A stretch of 64,000 bases of DNA from Alphaproteobacteria bacterium (GTDB lineage: Bacteria; Pseudomonadota; Alphaproteobacteria; GCA-2731375), in assembly GCA_965225945.1 (NCBI GenBank), contig CBDDBZ010000037.1:224001-288000 (forward strand). The letters run 5' to 3'. Positions within the stretch are counted from its first letter, which is position 1, and the number at the start of each line of letters is the position of its first letter. Position numbers and translations under genes: made by a program. The notes under the pieces are model-generated. The model was not told the DNA's origin, ran no database searches, and was given only the letters and a program-made list of their open reading frames with translations. Positions 62,596 to 64,000 of the stretch are shown piece after piece.

Positions 62596-63808
62596 GGTGA
62601 AGTCCTAGACTTGCTGGGAATTTGGTAGGAGGTGCATCCTTCGAGGTGTCGATTCCCACCCGGGCATGGCTGCGCGCCAGCCCAGCACAGGAGGCACCTC
62701 CATGACGAAGAGACTACCCGGAAGCGAGCGCACGCGTGAAGCCTTGAACGACCTGATCGAAGGGCGCGCCCGCGTGGTCGACGCGAAGAGTGAATTGGTG
62801 CGGTTGGCGACGCGGTTGATCATCGAGGAAGGCTTGGAGGCCGAGGTGCGCGACGCCCTGGGCCGGGACTATTACGAGCACGGTTCCGAGCCTGGCCGAG
62901 GTTACCGGAACGGTTCGCGCGAAGGTCATCTGAAGACGGCCGAGGGGCGGATCAGGTATGCGGCGCCGCAGGTCGCCGGGACGGACGAACCGTTCCGTTC
63001 GGATCTGCGAGCGCAGCTGAAGGGTCATTCCGAGGGCCTGGAGGATTTAGCCGTGGAGATGCTGGCGCGCGGTCTCTCGGTGCGCGACATCGAAGATGCC
63101 TTCAGGGAAGAAAGTGGGCGCTTGCTGCTGTCGCGCACGGCGGTCTCGGAGATGGGGGAGCGGCTCTGGGCGGACTACCTCGGCTTCGCCAAGCGCGACC
63201 TTAGCGAGTTCGAGATCGCCTACCTCTTCGTCGACGGCATCGCCGAGCGGCTGCGGGCCGGGCAGAGGCGAGAGCCGGTGCTGGCGGCCTGGGGCTTCAC
63301 GCTCGAGGGCAAGAAGGTTCTCCTGCATCTGATGGCGGGCTCGAAGGAGGACAACGAGACCGTCTCCGCGTTCTTCCAGGACATGCGCAGCCGAGGCCTG
63401 GGCGATCCTCTCCTGATCGCCTCCGACGGCGCGCCTGGCATTATCAAGGCGATCGAGATTTGTTTTCCCAGGAGCGCGCGCCAACGCTGCCTCGCGCACC
63501 GGATGAGGAACTTGGCGGCGAAGGTGCCCGAGGATCTCTGGCCGGAGTTCAAGGCCCGCGCCCAAGCGGCCTACCAGGCCCCCTCGCGCGCCATCGCCCG
63601 CGATCTGGCCGAGGGCGTGGTGCGTGACTGGGAGCGCGAGCTGCCCTCGGCGGTGGCCTGTTTCCTGGATGATTTCGAGGCCTGCATCGCGCACCTGCGC
63701 ATGCCGGTCAATCACCGCCGGGCGATCCGCACCACCAACCTGCTGGAGAGATTGTTCGGGGAGGAGCGCCGGCGCTTGAAGATCATCCCCAACGCCTTCG
63801 GCGAAAAG
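62596..63808 (+). mobile_element. IS256-family element, copy 4, 3'-truncated
   Basis: Matches copy 3 up to GGCGAAAAG (63808), then switches to unrelated sequence. Confidence 0.93.
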
Positions 63809-64000
63809 CCGCCCGATGTACGTGAAGCTCCATGGTTGATCGATGAGCTTGTTCCAGGCTTCGCAGCAGGAGGTGATGATCTGCTCGTCGGATTGGAGAC
63901 CAAGATGGACAGCCAGCATGAACTGCCAGATGTTTTCGGTCGGATTGAGCTCCGGCGAGCGTGGTGGCAGGGGCAGGAGGGTAACGTTGGCGGGGATCTT
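63809..64000 (-). pseudogene. IS630 transposase fragment (runs off the window end)
   Basis: LPPRSPELNPTENIWQFM and CCEAWNKLIDQP, homologous to 39990-40170; the right IR is missing. Confidence 0.8.

Overview
GC-rich alphaproteobacterial-type chromosome segment (recG-sdhE, DUF502, TRAP transporter) undergoing heavy IS expansion and gene decay. There are about 15 IS elements or remnants: IS256 x4 (near-identical), an IS3/IS481-like element, IS21, IS1595 x2, an IS66 carrying a DNA adenine methylase, an integrase+IS91 element, IS4, IS110 x2 and IS630 x4. Several are nested, and most have readable target-site duplications (TSDs). Between them lie a disrupted two-partner secretion pair, tRNA-Lys, catabolic genes (IlvD-family dehydratase, hydantoinase/oxoprolinase A/B, two desaturase-family genes, VOC dioxygenase, DapA-like aldolase, CoA transferase, enoyl-CoA hydratase, aldo/keto reductase, TRAP, amidase), a MerR-HTH/pseudo-cyclase plus HD-GYP pair and a type III PKS/ICMT pair. 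The most unusual signals are a tRNA-Arg(UCG) gene split by an indel-riddled copy of the neighbouring transposase (possibly an assembly artefact), the methylase-carrying IS66, the degenerate cyclase regulator, and two families of palindromic repeats accompanied by long flanking duplications. All calls were made by eye from sequence and motifs; no searches were run.
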